Assembly: GCA_965250285.1 (NCBI GenBank)
Contig: OZ252299.1
Span: 5,280,001 to 5,344,000 of the forward strand
DNA length: 64,000 nt
Direction: 5' to 3'
Source: Myxococcota bacterium
Lineage (GTDB): Bacteria; Myxococcota_A; UBA9160; UBA4427
Under the pieces are notes generated by a model. It was not told where the DNA came from. It searched no databases and worked only from the letters and a program-made list of their open reading frames with translations. This document shows, one piece after another, positions 37,699-48,208 of this stretch; the stretch's first letter is position 1; each line of letters begins with the position of its first letter. A program made the position numbers and the translations under genes.

Positions 37699-38307
37699 TC
37701 AGAGGTTCTGCACGCTCGGCCGGGCGTCCATCGCCTTTCGCCAGCGGTCGATCTGCGAGAAGCCGGTCGGCACGTCGATGCCACCGAACTCGGCGAAGCC
37801 ATAGCCCGCGCGCAACGTGCAGTCGGCGATGCACGGACGCTCGCCGCCGAGGAACTCGCTCGACTCGAGCTTGCGATCGAGCACCGCGAGCACGTCGGGC
37901 ACCGACGACATGGCCGACTCGGCCACCTGAGGCTTCGGCTCGAGGCCCATCGGCGAGTTCGTCGCGTGCACCGTGCGGGCGAACGCGATCAGCACCCCGA
38001 GATCGGCCAGCCGGTCGAGCTCGCGCACCCGAACGCGCTCTTCGGGCGTCGTGCCGATCATGGTCGGGTCGGGGTAGCGCTCCTCGAGGTATTCGATGAT
38101 CGCCGACGACTCGGTGACGTACGTGCCGTCGTCGAACTCGAGCACGGGGAGCTTGCCCAGCGGGTGCCGCTGCAGGTGCGCCTCCGACTTGTGCTGGCCC
38201 TCCATCAGACTGACCAGCTCCATGTCGACGTCGTCGATGCCCTTCTCGCCCATGTAGATGCGAACTCGAGTGGGGTTCGGCGCGATCGGGAAGTAGTAGA
38301 GCTTCAC
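37699..38307 (-). CDS. Glutathione S-transferase family protein
   Basis: APNPTRVRI, HPLGKLPVL, ESSAIIEYLE; AGGAG RBS and GTG start. Confidence 0.92.
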   Translation of the reverse strand: MKLYYFPIAPNPTRVRIYMGEKGIDDVDMELVSLMEGQHKSEAHLQRHPLGKLPVLEFDDGTYVTESSAIIEYLEERYPDPTMIGTTPEERVRVRELDRLADLGVLIAFARTVHATNSPMGLEPKPQVAESAMSSVPDVLAVLDRKLESSEFLGGERPCIADCTLRAGYGFAEFGGIDVPTGFSQIDRWRKAMDARPSVQNL

Positions 38308-38405
38308 GTGTGGGGCTCCTTGGGGGGGCTGGGTCTGGGTCTGGGTTGGATGCTCGGGGGGGATGGAGCGTAGCTTCGAGGAGGGGTGGGGATTGGGTGC
38401 TGGGG

Positions 38406-38538
38406 CGGGTTTTCGGGGGTGTCGTCCTCAGATTACGGCGGGCTGGCTGTACGGGGATGGGGCGTGTGTGGCTGGGGCGTACGGGCTCGCGCGGACGGAG
38501 CCCGCCTTCAACTTGCGGGCGACACCCCCGAAAACCCG
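38406..38538. repeat. ~133 bp hairpin/MITE-like element, copy 3
   Basis: Arms CGGGTTTTCGGGGGTGTCGTCC and GGGCGACACCCCCGAAAACCCG (21/22); inner stem GGCGGGCT/AGCCCGCC. Confidence 0.85.
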
Positions 38539-38609
38539 AGCGGCGCGGCCCGCGTTCGGGGTACGCGCGGCGCTCCACACCGGTGGGTGTGGGAGGGGGG
38601 AGCGTGGGG

Positions 38610-41279
38610 TCAGGCGTTCTCTTCGATGCGGGCTCGGAGCCTTGCGGCGAGCCAGGCGAGGTCGAAGGGCTTCGCGACGATCTCGATGCCGCTGTCGGTT
38701 TCGCGCGCGCCGTGGCCCGTGGCGATCATCACCGGCACGTCGGGGGCGATGCGCGCGATCTCTTCGGCGGCGGCCGGCCCCTCGAGGCCCGGCATGCTCC
38801 AGTCGAGCAGGACGGCGTCGAAGCCGCCCGGCTCGGCGGCAAAGCGCTTCACCGCCTCGTCGCCGTCGCCCGCGGTGATCACTTCGAACCCGTTGGCCTC
38901 GAGGCCGCGAACGAGCACCGTCCGCACCGCTTCGTCGTCATCGGCCACGAGGATGCGCTCGCGCTGTGCGTGGGCCGTCGAGAGCGCGATGGCGTCGTTC
39001 GGGTCGGTGGCTCCACCGCGCGTGTCGTCGTCGGTCTCGAGCGGCAGGTAGATGTGAAAGTGGCTGCCCCGACCGAGCTCGCTCTCGACGTCGATCCAGC
39101 CGCCATGGGCGGTCACGACGCCGTGCACGATCGCGAGGCCGAGCCCGGTCCCCTGTCCGACGGGCTTCGTCGTGTAGAACGGCTCGAAGATGCGCTCGAC
39201 CGTATCGGCGTCGAGGCCGTGGCCGCTGTCGGAGACGCCGAAGTACAGGTGCCGGCCGGGGCGGCCCATCCCGCGTCGTCGCACGTGATCGACGTCGACG
39301 TCGCGCACGTCCGCGCGGATCTCGATCGAACCCTCGCCTTCGATCGCATCGCGTGCGTTGAGGGCGAGGTTGACCATCACCTGCTGCAGCTGAGCGCCGT
39401 CGGCGAGTACGGCCGGCAAACGCGGCGCCGCGTGACATTCGAGCGCGATCGACGCCGGCATCAGCGGGCGCAGCAGGTCGTTCAGCTCGAGTACGATGCG
39501 GTTCGGCGCGACGCGATCGAGCGACACCGGCGCGCGGCGCGCGAACGACAGCAGCGAACGCGTGAGCTGTGCACAGTGATCGGCGGCGCGTTCGACGTCT
39601 TCGAGCGCCTCGTCGACATCTGTGCTGTGGCCGGTGCCATCGCCGACGCTGTCCCGCGCGAACCGGACGTTGCCGAGGATCACGGCCAGCTGGTTGTTGA
39701 AGTCGTGGGCGATGCCGCCCGAGAGCGTGCCGATCGTCTCGAGCTTCTGGGCGTGGCGCAGCTGGTCGCCGAGCGCGCGTTCGTGCGTCACGTCGCGAGA
39801 CGCCCAGATGCGCGCGGTCAGCTCGCCCCGCTCGTCGTGCACGGCGCTCGAGAACAGCAGCAGGGTGGCGAGGTCGGGCCGCATCAACTCGATCTCGACG
39901 TCGCGCACGACGCCGTCGGCCGTCCTGTTCGTCTGGATGTACTCGACGAGCGCATCGGCGTTGGTGACCTTCGGCAGCACGTCGTCGATGAATCGTTCGA
40001 GCGGTCCGCCGACGAAGCGCTCGGGGTCGCTGCAGCCGACGTGCTCTGCGGCGTTCGTGTTCATCAGCTCGACCTGGCCATTCGCGGTCGTCACCAGCAG
40101 GCCCATGGGCGCCGTCTCGATCACCGCGGCGAGCTTGCGCCGCTCGCGCAGCAGGTCGACGTTGGCCCGGTCGCGCTGCTGGATCGACAACACATGGCTG
40201 AGCGAGAGCGAGAGCTCGCGCGCAAGCGTCGCGAGCACGCTGCACACGTGGTCGGCGAGCGGTCGACCGTCGATGCGACCGACGCCGAATACGCCGAGCA
40301 CCTTGCCCTGCCACTCGAGCGGCACCAGCGCACAGCAGTCATCGTCGATCGTGTCGCAGCGTCGCGCGAGATCTTCGACGCTGGGCGCCGCTTCGCCGCC
40401 CGGTTGCGCGGCGAGATCTTCGACGCGCAGCACGTGCCGGTGCACAGCGACGTCGATGTAGGGGGGCAGGTCGTTCGCATCGCTCGCCACCCAGCGCCCG
40501 CTCGCGTTCGACCAGCGCCAGATGCCGACCCAGTCGACGGGCAGGCGGCCCGAGAGAAGACCGACTGCCTCTTCGAGCAGGGTCGGGCCCACGAGGTGCC
40601 GCGTGCCGAGGTGGGCGAGATCGCGCAGCAGAGCGAGCTCTCGCTCGCGATCGCTGATCAGCTCGTCGACGCGATCCCGGCTGAGTCGCAGCACGACGAC
40701 GATCTGTGTGCCGGCGAGCGCGACCGTGCCGATGCTGATCAGCAGCTTCGACGCCTGCCGATCCCAGTCCATGATCCAGGTCGTTGCCATGAAGCCCTCG
40801 GCGAGCGCCATGATCAAGTGGGCCGACACCAGGGCCATCTGATCGGCCGTGCCGCCGAGGTGCCGCGACCATCGCCACACGAGGTATGCGGCGCCGAGGT
40901 GGGCCCCCGACTCGACGGGGATGCTGAGCAGCTCGGCCGTGGTCGAATCGCCGAGCACACCGGTCAGTGCGCGGGCCGCGATGATCACCGCCCCCATCGG
41001 CGCGACCCAGACCGGCGGCTTCCACCGAACGAGGGTGAAGACCCCGTAGAGGAAGCAGAGCGGGGCGACGCTCGACAGCACGTAGCCGAAGAAGAGAGGA
41101 ACGAGGGCCGAAGAACCCGGTGCGTCTTCGGCGACGCCGCCGAGCAGGGCCGACGAGATGAAGGCGAGCCAACCGAGGGTCCAGGCGCGGATCGAGGGAT
41201 CGCCCTCGCTCGCGAGGATCCGAGAGCCGGCCGCCACGAAAGCGGCACCGACGACTGTCAGGAGGAACGTTTCGACCAT
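38610..41279 (-). CDS. Hybrid sensor histidine kinase (membrane sensor-GAF-PAS-HisKA-HATPase-REC)
   Basis: GIAHDFNNQL, NLALNARDA, DSGHG, FEPFYTTK, GTGLGL, ILVADDD, LLDWSMP. Confidence 0.93.
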   Translation of the reverse strand: MVETFLLTVVGAAFVAAGSRILASEGDPSIRAWTLGWLAFISSALLGGVAEDAPGSSALVPLFFGYVLSSVAPLCFLYGVFTLVRWKPPVWVAPMGAVIIAARALTGVLGDSTTAELLSIPVESGAHLGAAYLVWRWSRHLGGTADQMALVSAHLIMALAEGFMATTWIMDWDRQASKLLISIGTVALAGTQIVVVLRLSRDRVDELISDRERELALLRDLAHLGTRHLVGPTLLEEAVGLLSGRLPVDWVGIWRWSNASGRWVASDANDLPPYIDVAVHRHVLRVEDLAAQPGGEAAPSVEDLARRCDTIDDDCCALVPLEWQGKVLGVFGVGRIDGRPLADHVCSVLATLARELSLSLSHVLSIQQRDRANVDLLRERRKLAAVIETAPMGLLVTTANGQVELMNTNAAEHVGCSDPERFVGGPLERFIDDVLPKVTNADALVEYIQTNRTADGVVRDVEIELMRPDLATLLLFSSAVHDERGELTARIWASRDVTHERALGDQLRHAQKLETIGTLSGGIAHDFNNQLAVILGNVRFARDSVGDGTGHSTDVDEALEDVERAADHCAQLTRSLLSFARRAPVSLDRVAPNRIVLELNDLLRPLMPASIALECHAAPRLPAVLADGAQLQQVMVNLALNARDAIEGEGSIEIRADVRDVDVDHVRRRGMGRPGRHLYFGVSDSGHGLDADTVERIFEPFYTTKPVGQGTGLGLAIVHGVVTAHGGWIDVESELGRGSHFHIYLPLETDDDTRGGATDPNDAIALSTAHAQRERILVADDDEAVRTVLVRGLEANGFEVITAGDGDEAVKRFAAEPGGFDAVLLDWSMPGLEGPAAAEEIARIAPDVPVMIATGHGARETDSGIEIVAKPFDLAWLAARLRARIEENA

Positions 41280-41497
41280 CTCTCGCCGTGCGCGGCGCGC
41301 CCGTGGGCGAGCCGCATCGGGTGTTCACCCGATATCGGGTCAGCGACGATGTCTCTTTAGAGCGTGGGATCGCCAGCAAGATCGCGTCGAGGGGTGCGAA
41401 ATTGCGGATCGAATAATCCGAGTTGCGGATGCGCGAGCGCGGTCTCAGCTCGACGAGAGCGACACCTCGCAGTGACGCCTGCACCGTGAGAGCCGCT

Positions 41498-43531
41498 TCA
41501 GCTCGCGGGCGTGTACCAGATCGGCGAGGTCCAGGCGCGCTCCTGCTGGCTGGCCATCGCCCGGTGCTCGTCGGTGCAGCAGGCCTCGAGCGCCTCGGGC
41601 ACCGTCGACGGGTCACTGCAGACGACGCCGGCTTCGTTGCACACGTACTGGCTCCAGCGGCAGGTCGGGTTCTCGAGCACGCGGCCGTACCAGAGCGCGG
41701 GCTCGCTCGGGTCGAATTCGGGGTCGCTCCACACGGTACAGAGCTCGGCGTGCCCCGCCCCCTTCGGTTCGCAGGTGTCGAGGTCGACGCTCGCGCCGTT
41801 CTCGCTGCCGGCGACGTCGAACACCTTCTCTTTCACTTCACCGTCTTCGACCCACACCTTGATGATCTGCAGCCGCTGAAGGGGCGTGCCCGGTGCCCCC
41901 GGCGTGCCCGCGTCGCCCAGTGCGCGGAACGCGAAGCGCGGCGTCGCCTCGGCGTCGGGCCGCGCCGCGAGGTCGCCCCCCATCGGTACGCCGTCGGCGT
42001 AGCCGGTCTCGACGAAGCCGGCGTCGCCGCAGAGCTCGGCGTCGTAGCCCCAGCCTCCGAAGAGGCGCACGACCGGACGCGTGCCGCTCGTGCCGTAGGC
42101 CTCGCGGCGCGTCATCGCGGCGAAGAGCGACTCGCGGGTGTTCTCTTCGGCCCAGAGCACCGAGAGACCGCCCGGGCCGAACTCGAGGTCGTCGGGGAAG
42201 CCCACGGCGAGGCCCTCCCCCTGGCCCATGCCCGCCCCGCCGTGGCCGGGGTGGTTCTTCTCGCTGGTGAGACCGGGGGCGGCGATATGGGTGTCGGTGG
42301 CGCCGATGATGCCGAACTTGAGCCCGTTCACGCCGAGCGACTGCTGCTGCTGCAGGCCGCGGCCGAGGCCGTCGCGCACGTAGCTCTTGGCGGGCGGGCG
42401 CTGCTGCGTCGTGCCGAAGCTCGAGAACTTCGCGCCGAATCGGTCGTAGGGCAGCTTCTCGAAGGCGCACTGCTCGTCGTTGCGACCCGGGCGCATGTCG
42501 CACTCGCTGTCGCCCTTGTGCTGCATGATCTCGACGAGCGGCTCCCAGCGCTGACGCAGGCGCGCTTCTTCTTCGGTGACCGGGGGGCCGCTGTCGCCGG
42601 CTGCATCGACCTTGGCGCTCTCGAACATCAGGCCCCCCGACAGGTTCGAGTTGTGCGGGATCGTCAGGACGTCGCACCCCTCGGCGCCGTCGAGGCATTC
42701 GGCCTGGAGCTTCTCCCAGAGCTCGGCCGCCGACTGCGTCTCGACCCAGCTGATCGCACGATCGGGGACCGAGTGGCTCGAGAAGATCACGTTGCGGTGC
42801 AGGTTCTGGCCCTCGCCGACGGTGGCCGTCCACTCGTAGGCGTTGAAGCTCGTGAAGGTGCAGGCCGGGCTGCGGTCGTACGCCTGCTCGGCCGCGCGCT
42901 GAATCTCGACCCAGACCTTCTTCGCCTGGTCGAGGCAATCGACGCCCTCCTCACCGCAGAAGCCCCAGCGCGTCTTCTGCACGAGCGTTCGCCCCGAGAT
43001 CATGCGGAAGCCGACCGAAGGCCAGTTGCGGTGCAGCCAGCAGACCCAGTTCGAGTAGCCGTCGCGATCGGGATGCATGCACACGTCGACCTCACCGAGC
43101 AGCTCGGCATGGTCGGTGACGGCGACGAAGTCGAGGGGACGGTCGAGCTGCATCGTGCGCAGCGCGTTGCCGTCGGCGTCGTAGGGCTGCAGGCCGAGTC
43201 GCTCGCCCTTCGCGAAGCGGTAGGCGTCGTGGGGGTCGTTGCGCGTATCCTGGCTGCTCGCATCGAACGAGTACGACGTGTGGACGTGGGTGTCGCCGAA
43301 GAAGGGCTTTCGCAGCGCATCTCGGTGGTCGCACGGCACGTGGGGCGGCGGCGGGCCATCGGCGAAGATCGGGGTGTCGCTCGGCTCGTCGGAGCGCGGG
43401 GGCAGGGGCTGGCCGCACGCGACGCACGCCAAGAGCAGGGCGATCGCGGCCGCCAGGGCGACGAGACGGTGGGTCGACGCAGCGTGGTGTCGGGGCGAGT
43501 CGGTCTGGGGATCGAGTCGGCGGCTCGTCAT
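41498..43531 (-). CDS. DUF3604-family exported metallohydrolase-like lipoprotein
   Basis: FFGDTHVHTSYSFDA, LDFVAVTDHAE, NLHRNVIF, IPHNSNLS, EIMQHKGDSE, QERAWTSPIWY; lipobox-like VAC. Confidence 0.88.
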   Translation of the reverse strand: MTSRRLDPQTDSPRHHAASTHRLVALAAAIALLLACVACGQPLPPRSDEPSDTPIFADGPPPPHVPCDHRDALRKPFFGDTHVHTSYSFDASSQDTRNDPHDAYRFAKGERLGLQPYDADGNALRTMQLDRPLDFVAVTDHAELLGEVDVCMHPDRDGYSNWVCWLHRNWPSVGFRMISGRTLVQKTRWGFCGEEGVDCLDQAKKVWVEIQRAAEQAYDRSPACTFTSFNAYEWTATVGEGQNLHRNVIFSSHSVPDRAISWVETQSAAELWEKLQAECLDGAEGCDVLTIPHNSNLSGGLMFESAKVDAAGDSGPPVTEEEARLRQRWEPLVEIMQHKGDSECDMRPGRNDEQCAFEKLPYDRFGAKFSSFGTTQQRPPAKSYVRDGLGRGLQQQQSLGVNGLKFGIIGATDTHIAAPGLTSEKNHPGHGGAGMGQGEGLAVGFPDDLEFGPGGLSVLWAEENTRESLFAAMTRREAYGTSGTRPVVRLFGGWGYDAELCGDAGFVETGYADGVPMGGDLAARPDAEATPRFAFRALGDAGTPGAPGTPLQRLQIIKVWVEDGEVKEKVFDVAGSENGASVDLDTCEPKGAGHAELCTVWSDPEFDPSEPALWYGRVLENPTCRWSQYVCNEAGVVCSDPSTVPEALEACCTDEHRAMASQQERAWTSPIWYTPAS

Positions 43532-43695
43532 GGCGGGCGCTCCTGCGCAGCATGCGGTGCGGTGCTCTTCGCGACGCTGAACCGTAGTGCTTCGCCGTCG
43601 ACGGTGCCGTCGGCGCGGGCGGCACCGACGCGGGGTGGATCCCACGGCGCAGGTTCGCGTTCCGGCCCGATTCCGTGGTCTACTCGATCGTTCTC

Positions 43696-45564
43696 TTATT
43701 CGATGTAGCCGAGCGCGCGCAGCTCATCGGCCTTGTCTTCGCTGATCTCGCGCTCTTCGGGCTCGTCCGCGGCCATGTTGCGCAGCGTCTCGGCTTCGAC
43801 GCGCGCAGCTTCCTCGAGCAGGTACCGAACGAGGATCGGATGCTCGCGCGCGACGCTGCGGGTCTCGCCCGGGTCGACTTCGAGGTCGTAGAGCGCGAGC
43901 GGGTTCTGGGCGCCCTTGCGCTTCACGAGCTTCCAACGCCCCTGACGGATCGCCGTTCCGAAGAGGCCGGCCGAGACCCCGATCGCAGGAGGCTCGCCGT
44001 CGACGGCGCCATCGCCGAGCTCCATCAGCGGCCGCAGACTGCGACCGTTCAGGTCGCTCGGCAGGTCGACGCCGGCATAGTCGGCCAGGGTCGGCAGCAG
44101 ATCGACGTGCTGCGCGAGCGACTCGATGCGACGTGGCTCGTGCTGATGGGGCGCCTTGGTGAGGAGCGGCACCTGCAGCAGCTCTTCGTGCAGGGTCTTG
44201 CCGTGGCCGCGCTGGCCGTGCTCCCAGAACGCCTCGCCGTGGTCGCTGACCAGCACGATCAGGGCCCCGTCGTAGAGGCCGCGCGCGCGTAGCTCGTCGA
44301 GGAAGAGACCGAACTGATGGTCGTTGTGCGCGATCTCGGCTTCGTAGAGCGACTCGAGCTGGGCGCGTTCGCGGGGATCGACCTCGTGGCCCTGGCGCAC
44401 CTGCTCGTCCATCTGCCGCACCGACTCCATGCTGCCGAGATCGAAGCGGTCGAGCTCGGGCACGAAGCGGTTCTTGAAGGGCTCGGGCGGAAAGTGCGGC
44501 GTGTGCGGGTCGAGCACGTGCACGTAGAGGAGGAACGGCTGCGCGGGCTCGAGCCCGTCGAGCCAGGGCCAGACCGCGGCCTGGGCGATGTCGCTGTCGA
44601 TCGCGGGCTTGTCGGCGCGAAAGCCGGTGATGCCCTCGACGTCGGGCGCACGCCCCTTTTCGCGCACGAAGTGATCGAAGCCCTGGTCGAAGCCGAAGTC
44701 GGCATCGACGAGCCCGTTGGTCACGACGGCGGCCGTGGCATAGCCGTCGTCGCGAAAGAGCTCGGCGAGGGTCTCGGCCGATTCGGGCAGGACGCCTTGC
44801 ATGGTCATGATGCGATGCACGCGCGCGAACAGGCCGGTGAAGATCGAGGCGACCGAAGGCTTCGTCCACGGGGCCTGGGCGATCGCCTCTTCGAAGACGG
44901 TCGCCTGCTCGGCGAACCCGTCGATCTCGGGGGTGAGGCCGCTCGGGTTGCCGTAGGCGCCGAGTTTGTCGGCGCGCAGCGTATCCATCAGATAGACGAT
45001 GACGGGGGGCTGCACCTCTTGCGCGCCGCGCTCGGCCGCCGGTGGGGCAGGCGGGCCGTAGATCACCGGCGCGACGAGCACGAGCGGGCTCGGGCTCGGG
45101 GCCGGGGCGCGTACGGTGACGCGGGCGACGCGGCCGGCGAAGTCGTCGAGGGGGACGCGGCAGGGGGCGCCGCACTCGGCGAGGCGAACCTCGCGCTTCA
45201 GGCCGCCGTCGGACGCGACCTGCAGCATCGCGCCGCTCGCGACGAGGGCGCCTTCGACGGCGAGCGCGGCGAACCCGCCGTGCGGGGCGGGGATGCGCAC
45301 CGTCCACGAGGCCGACGAGCCGGGGGGCAGGGTGATGCGTTCGCCCTCGCGACGCGGCTTCGCGCCGGCGGGGTTCGCCCGCACCGTGCCGAAGCGCAGG
45401 GCGGTGGCGAGATCGAGCCGCACCTCGGCGGCGTCGACGCCCGAACCGCCTCGATCGCTCATCCAGAGCTCATGGCCGATCCACAGCACGCCGACCGCGA
45501 CGACGACGAGCACGACAGCGCCGAGCGCCCTCGTGAGGCGAGGATTCGAGGGTCGCTCAGCCAC
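43696..45564 (-). CDS. Membrane-anchored sulfatase-like (alkaline phosphatase superfamily) protein
   Basis: MDTLRAD, APWTKPSVASIFTG, DPHTP, SDHGEAF, terminal LRALGYI; GTG start approximate. Confidence 0.85.
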   Translation of the reverse strand: MAERPSNPRLTRALGAVVLVVVAVGVLWIGHELWMSDRGGSGVDAAEVRLDLATALRFGTVRANPAGAKPRREGERITLPPGSSASWTVRIPAPHGGFAALAVEGALVASGAMLQVASDGGLKREVRLAECGAPCRVPLDDFAGRVARVTVRAPAPSPSPLVLVAPVIYGPPAPPAAERGAQEVQPPVIVYLMDTLRADKLGAYGNPSGLTPEIDGFAEQATVFEEAIAQAPWTKPSVASIFTGLFARVHRIMTMQGVLPESAETLAELFRDDGYATAAVVTNGLVDADFGFDQGFDHFVREKGRAPDVEGITGFRADKPAIDSDIAQAAVWPWLDGLEPAQPFLLYVHVLDPHTPHFPPEPFKNRFVPELDRFDLGSMESVRQMDEQVRQGHEVDPRERAQLESLYEAEIAHNDHQFGLFLDELRARGLYDGALIVLVSDHGEAFWEHGQRGHGKTLHEELLQVPLLTKAPHQHEPRRIESLAQHVDLLPTLADYAGVDLPSDLNGRSLRPLMELGDGAVDGEPPAIGVSAGLFGTAIRQGRWKLVKRKGAQNPLALYDLEVDPGETRSVAREHPILVRYLLEEAARVEAETLRNMAADEPEEREISEDKADELRALGYIE

Positions 45565-45716
45565 CCCGCGAACATGCCACAGCGTGGCCCGAGCGTCGCC
45601 GCCGCTCGGGCCGAGGCGCACGTCATGACGCGGCGACGGCCTCGCAGGCCGCGCTCCGGCAGCCGCGGCCTCGTGTAGAATCCCGCGCGCCCCCGCCCAC
45701 CCCGCCTGGAGCCCCC

Positions 45717-46775
45717 GTGACCCGAGACAGCGACCCCGGTGCCGATGCAGGTGGTGTCGATCTTCATCGACTCGCCGCGTGGATGGACGACCAGGGGCTC
45801 GCGGGCGGCGACATCGAGTCGGTCGAGCTGCTCGGCGGCGGCACCCAGAACATCCTGCTGCGTTTCGAGCGGGGCGGTCGCCCCTTCGTGATGCGGCACC
45901 CGCCGCCCCACAAGCGCAAGAACAGCGACGAGACGATGCGCCGCGAGGCGCGGGTGCTTGCGGCGATTGCCGGCAGTGACGTGCCGCATCCACCGCTGAT
46001 CGCGGCGTGCGGCGACACCGACGTTCTCGGCGCCGCCTTCTATCTGATGGAGCCCGTCGACGGGTTCAACCCGACCCAGGGCCTGCCGCCGCTGCACGCC
46101 GGCGATGCGGCCGTGCGCCATCGCATGGGCCTCTCGATGGTCGAGGGCATCGCGGCCCTCGGTGCCGTCGACCACGAGGCCGCGGGCCTGGCCGACTTCG
46201 GCAAGCCCGACGGCTATCTCGAGCGACAGGTTGCGCGCTGGCAGGCGCAGCTCGACAGCTATGGCGAGTTCGAAGGCTATGAGGGGCCCGACATCCCCGG
46301 CGTCGACGACGTCGCGCGCTGGCTCGAGGCGAACCGCCCCGAGACGTTCGAGCCGGGCATTCTGCACGGCGATTTTCATCTCTCGAATGTGATGTTCCGG
46401 CCCGACGGCGGAGACCTCGCGGCGATCGTCGACTGGGAGCTGTCGACGATCGGCGACCCGCTGCTCGATCTCGGCTGGCTGCTCGCCACCTGGCCCGAAG
46501 AAGACGGCAGCGGAGCGGGCAAGATCGGCATCCAACCCTGGTCGGGCTTCGCGACGCCCGACGAGCTCGTCGCGCACTATCGTGCGCGCAGCGAACGCGA
46601 CGTCGACGCCATCGCCTGGTACGCGGTGCTCGCCTGCTACAAGCTCGGCATCATCCTCGAAGGCACACACGCTCGGGCCTGCGCCGGCAAGGCGCCGAAG
46701 GCGACCGGCGACGTCTTGCACGCGACGACGGTGGGTCTCTTCGAGCAGGCCCTGCGGCGGATCGCGTCGGCGTGA
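45717..46775 (+). CDS. APH/choline-kinase-like phosphotransferase (ACAD10/11 N-domain type)
   Basis: GGTQN, LHGDFHLSN, IVDWELSTIGDPLLDLGW. Confidence 0.9.
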   Translation: MTRDSDPGADAGGVDLHRLAAWMDDQGLAGGDIESVELLGGGTQNILLRFERGGRPFVMRHPPPHKRKNSDETMRREARVLAAIAGSDVPHPPLIAACGDTDVLGAAFYLMEPVDGFNPTQGLPPLHAGDAAVRHRMGLSMVEGIAALGAVDHEAAGLADFGKPDGYLERQVARWQAQLDSYGEFEGYEGPDIPGVDDVARWLEANRPETFEPGILHGDFHLSNVMFRPDGGDLAAIVDWELSTIGDPLLDLGWLLATWPEEDGSGAGKIGIQPWSGFATPDELVAHYRARSERDVDAIAWYAVLACYKLGIILEGTHARACAGKAPKATGDVLHATTVGLFEQALRRIASA

Positions 46776-46908
46776 TTCGGCCCGCGGATGGAACGACACG
46801 GGGCCCGGCGGGCTCTGGTTCGAACGGGCTGCGCTCCGCATTGCGCGTCGGGGCGTGCGTGCTGCCCGCGCTCGCGCCTGCCGCACAACGGACCCACGGA
46901 GGATCGGC

Positions 46909-48204
46909 TTGAGCAACGAAGCGAACGGCGATGACGGCGCCTTCCAGGGCGCCGGTGCGCTGACGACGCGCATCATGATCGGCCTCGCGTTGGGCATCGC
47001 GTTCGGCCTGTTCCTGCACTTCGTCGGCGGCACCGGCACGATGGTGCGCGACCTGGTCGACGGCACCCTGCACGTGGGCGGCTCGGTCTTCATCGCGAGC
47101 CTCAAGCTGCTGATGGTGCCGCTCGTGCTGGTTTCGCTGATCAGCGGCACCACCGCGATGGACGACGTCACGAAGCTCGGCCGCGTCGGTGCGCGCACTC
47201 TTGGGCTCTATCTGCTGACCACCGCGGTCGCGATCACCCTTGCGATCACCGCGGCCGTGGTCCTTCAGCCGGGCGACGGCTTCGACGTGCCGATGGCGAT
47301 CCCCGACTTCACGCCCAAGCCGCAGCAGACGCTGACGCAGACCCTCATCGAGATCTTCCCGACGAACCCGATCAAGGCGATGGCCGAAGGCCGCATGCTG
47401 CAGATCATCGTGTTCGCGATCCTGTTCGGGCTCGCGCTCAACGTCTCGGGCGAAGCCGGCCGCCGGCTCAAGGAGACCTTCGACGACCTCAATGAGGTGA
47501 TCCTGCGCCTGGTCGCGCTCTTGATGCAGATCGCGCCGATCGGCGTGTTCTGTCTCGTCGCCCGCGTCTTCGCGAAGCAGGGCTACGCGATCTTCGATGA
47601 CCTGCTCGGCTACTTCGTCATCGTACTCGGCGTGCTCGCCGTGCACATGCTGGTCACGTATCCGCTGCTGCTGCGCATCTTCGGCGGTCTCGACCCGCTC
47701 GTCTTCTTCAAGAAGCAGCGCGCACCGATCACCGTGGCCTTCAGTACGTCGAGCAGCGCGGCGACGCTGCCGGTGACCCTGCGCAACACCGAGGAGCGGC
47801 TGGGTGTCGACAACTCGGTCGCGTCGTTCACGATCCCGCTCGGCGCCACCGTCAACATGGACGGCACCGCGATCATGCAGGGCGTGGCGACGGTCTTCAT
47901 CGCTCAGGTCTATGGCATCGACATCGGGCTCCAGGGCTATCTGAGCGTCGTGCTGACCGCGACGCTCGCCTCGATCGGCACGGCCGGTGTGCCCGGCGTC
48001 GGGCTCGTGATGCTCGCCATGGTGCTGCGGCAGGTGAACCTGCCGGTCGAGGCCATCGGCCTCATCATCGGCATCGATCGCATCCTCGACATGGCCCGGA
48101 CGGCCGTGAACATCACCGGCGACGCCGCGGTGAGCTGCATCGTGGCGAAGCGCGAAGGGCAGCTCGACGAGGCGGTCTACGCCGACCCCACGGCCGGGGC
48201 GTAA
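46909..48204 (+). CDS. Dicarboxylate/amino acid:cation symporter (GltP family)
   Basis: AFSTSSSAATLP, GATVNMDGTA, SIGTAGVPG, DMARTAVNITGD; GGAGG RBS and TTG start. Confidence 0.93.
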   Translation: MSNEANGDDGAFQGAGALTTRIMIGLALGIAFGLFLHFVGGTGTMVRDLVDGTLHVGGSVFIASLKLLMVPLVLVSLISGTTAMDDVTKLGRVGARTLGLYLLTTAVAITLAITAAVVLQPGDGFDVPMAIPDFTPKPQQTLTQTLIEIFPTNPIKAMAEGRMLQIIVFAILFGLALNVSGEAGRRLKETFDDLNEVILRLVALLMQIAPIGVFCLVARVFAKQGYAIFDDLLGYFVIVLGVLAVHMLVTYPLLLRIFGGLDPLVFFKKQRAPITVAFSTSSSAATLPVTLRNTEERLGVDNSVASFTIPLGATVNMDGTAIMQGVATVFIAQVYGIDIGLQGYLSVVLTATLASIGTAGVPGVGLVMLAMVLRQVNLPVEAIGLIIGIDRILDMARTAVNITGDAAVSCIVAKREGQLDEAVYADPTAGA

Positions 48205-48208
48205 CCCG

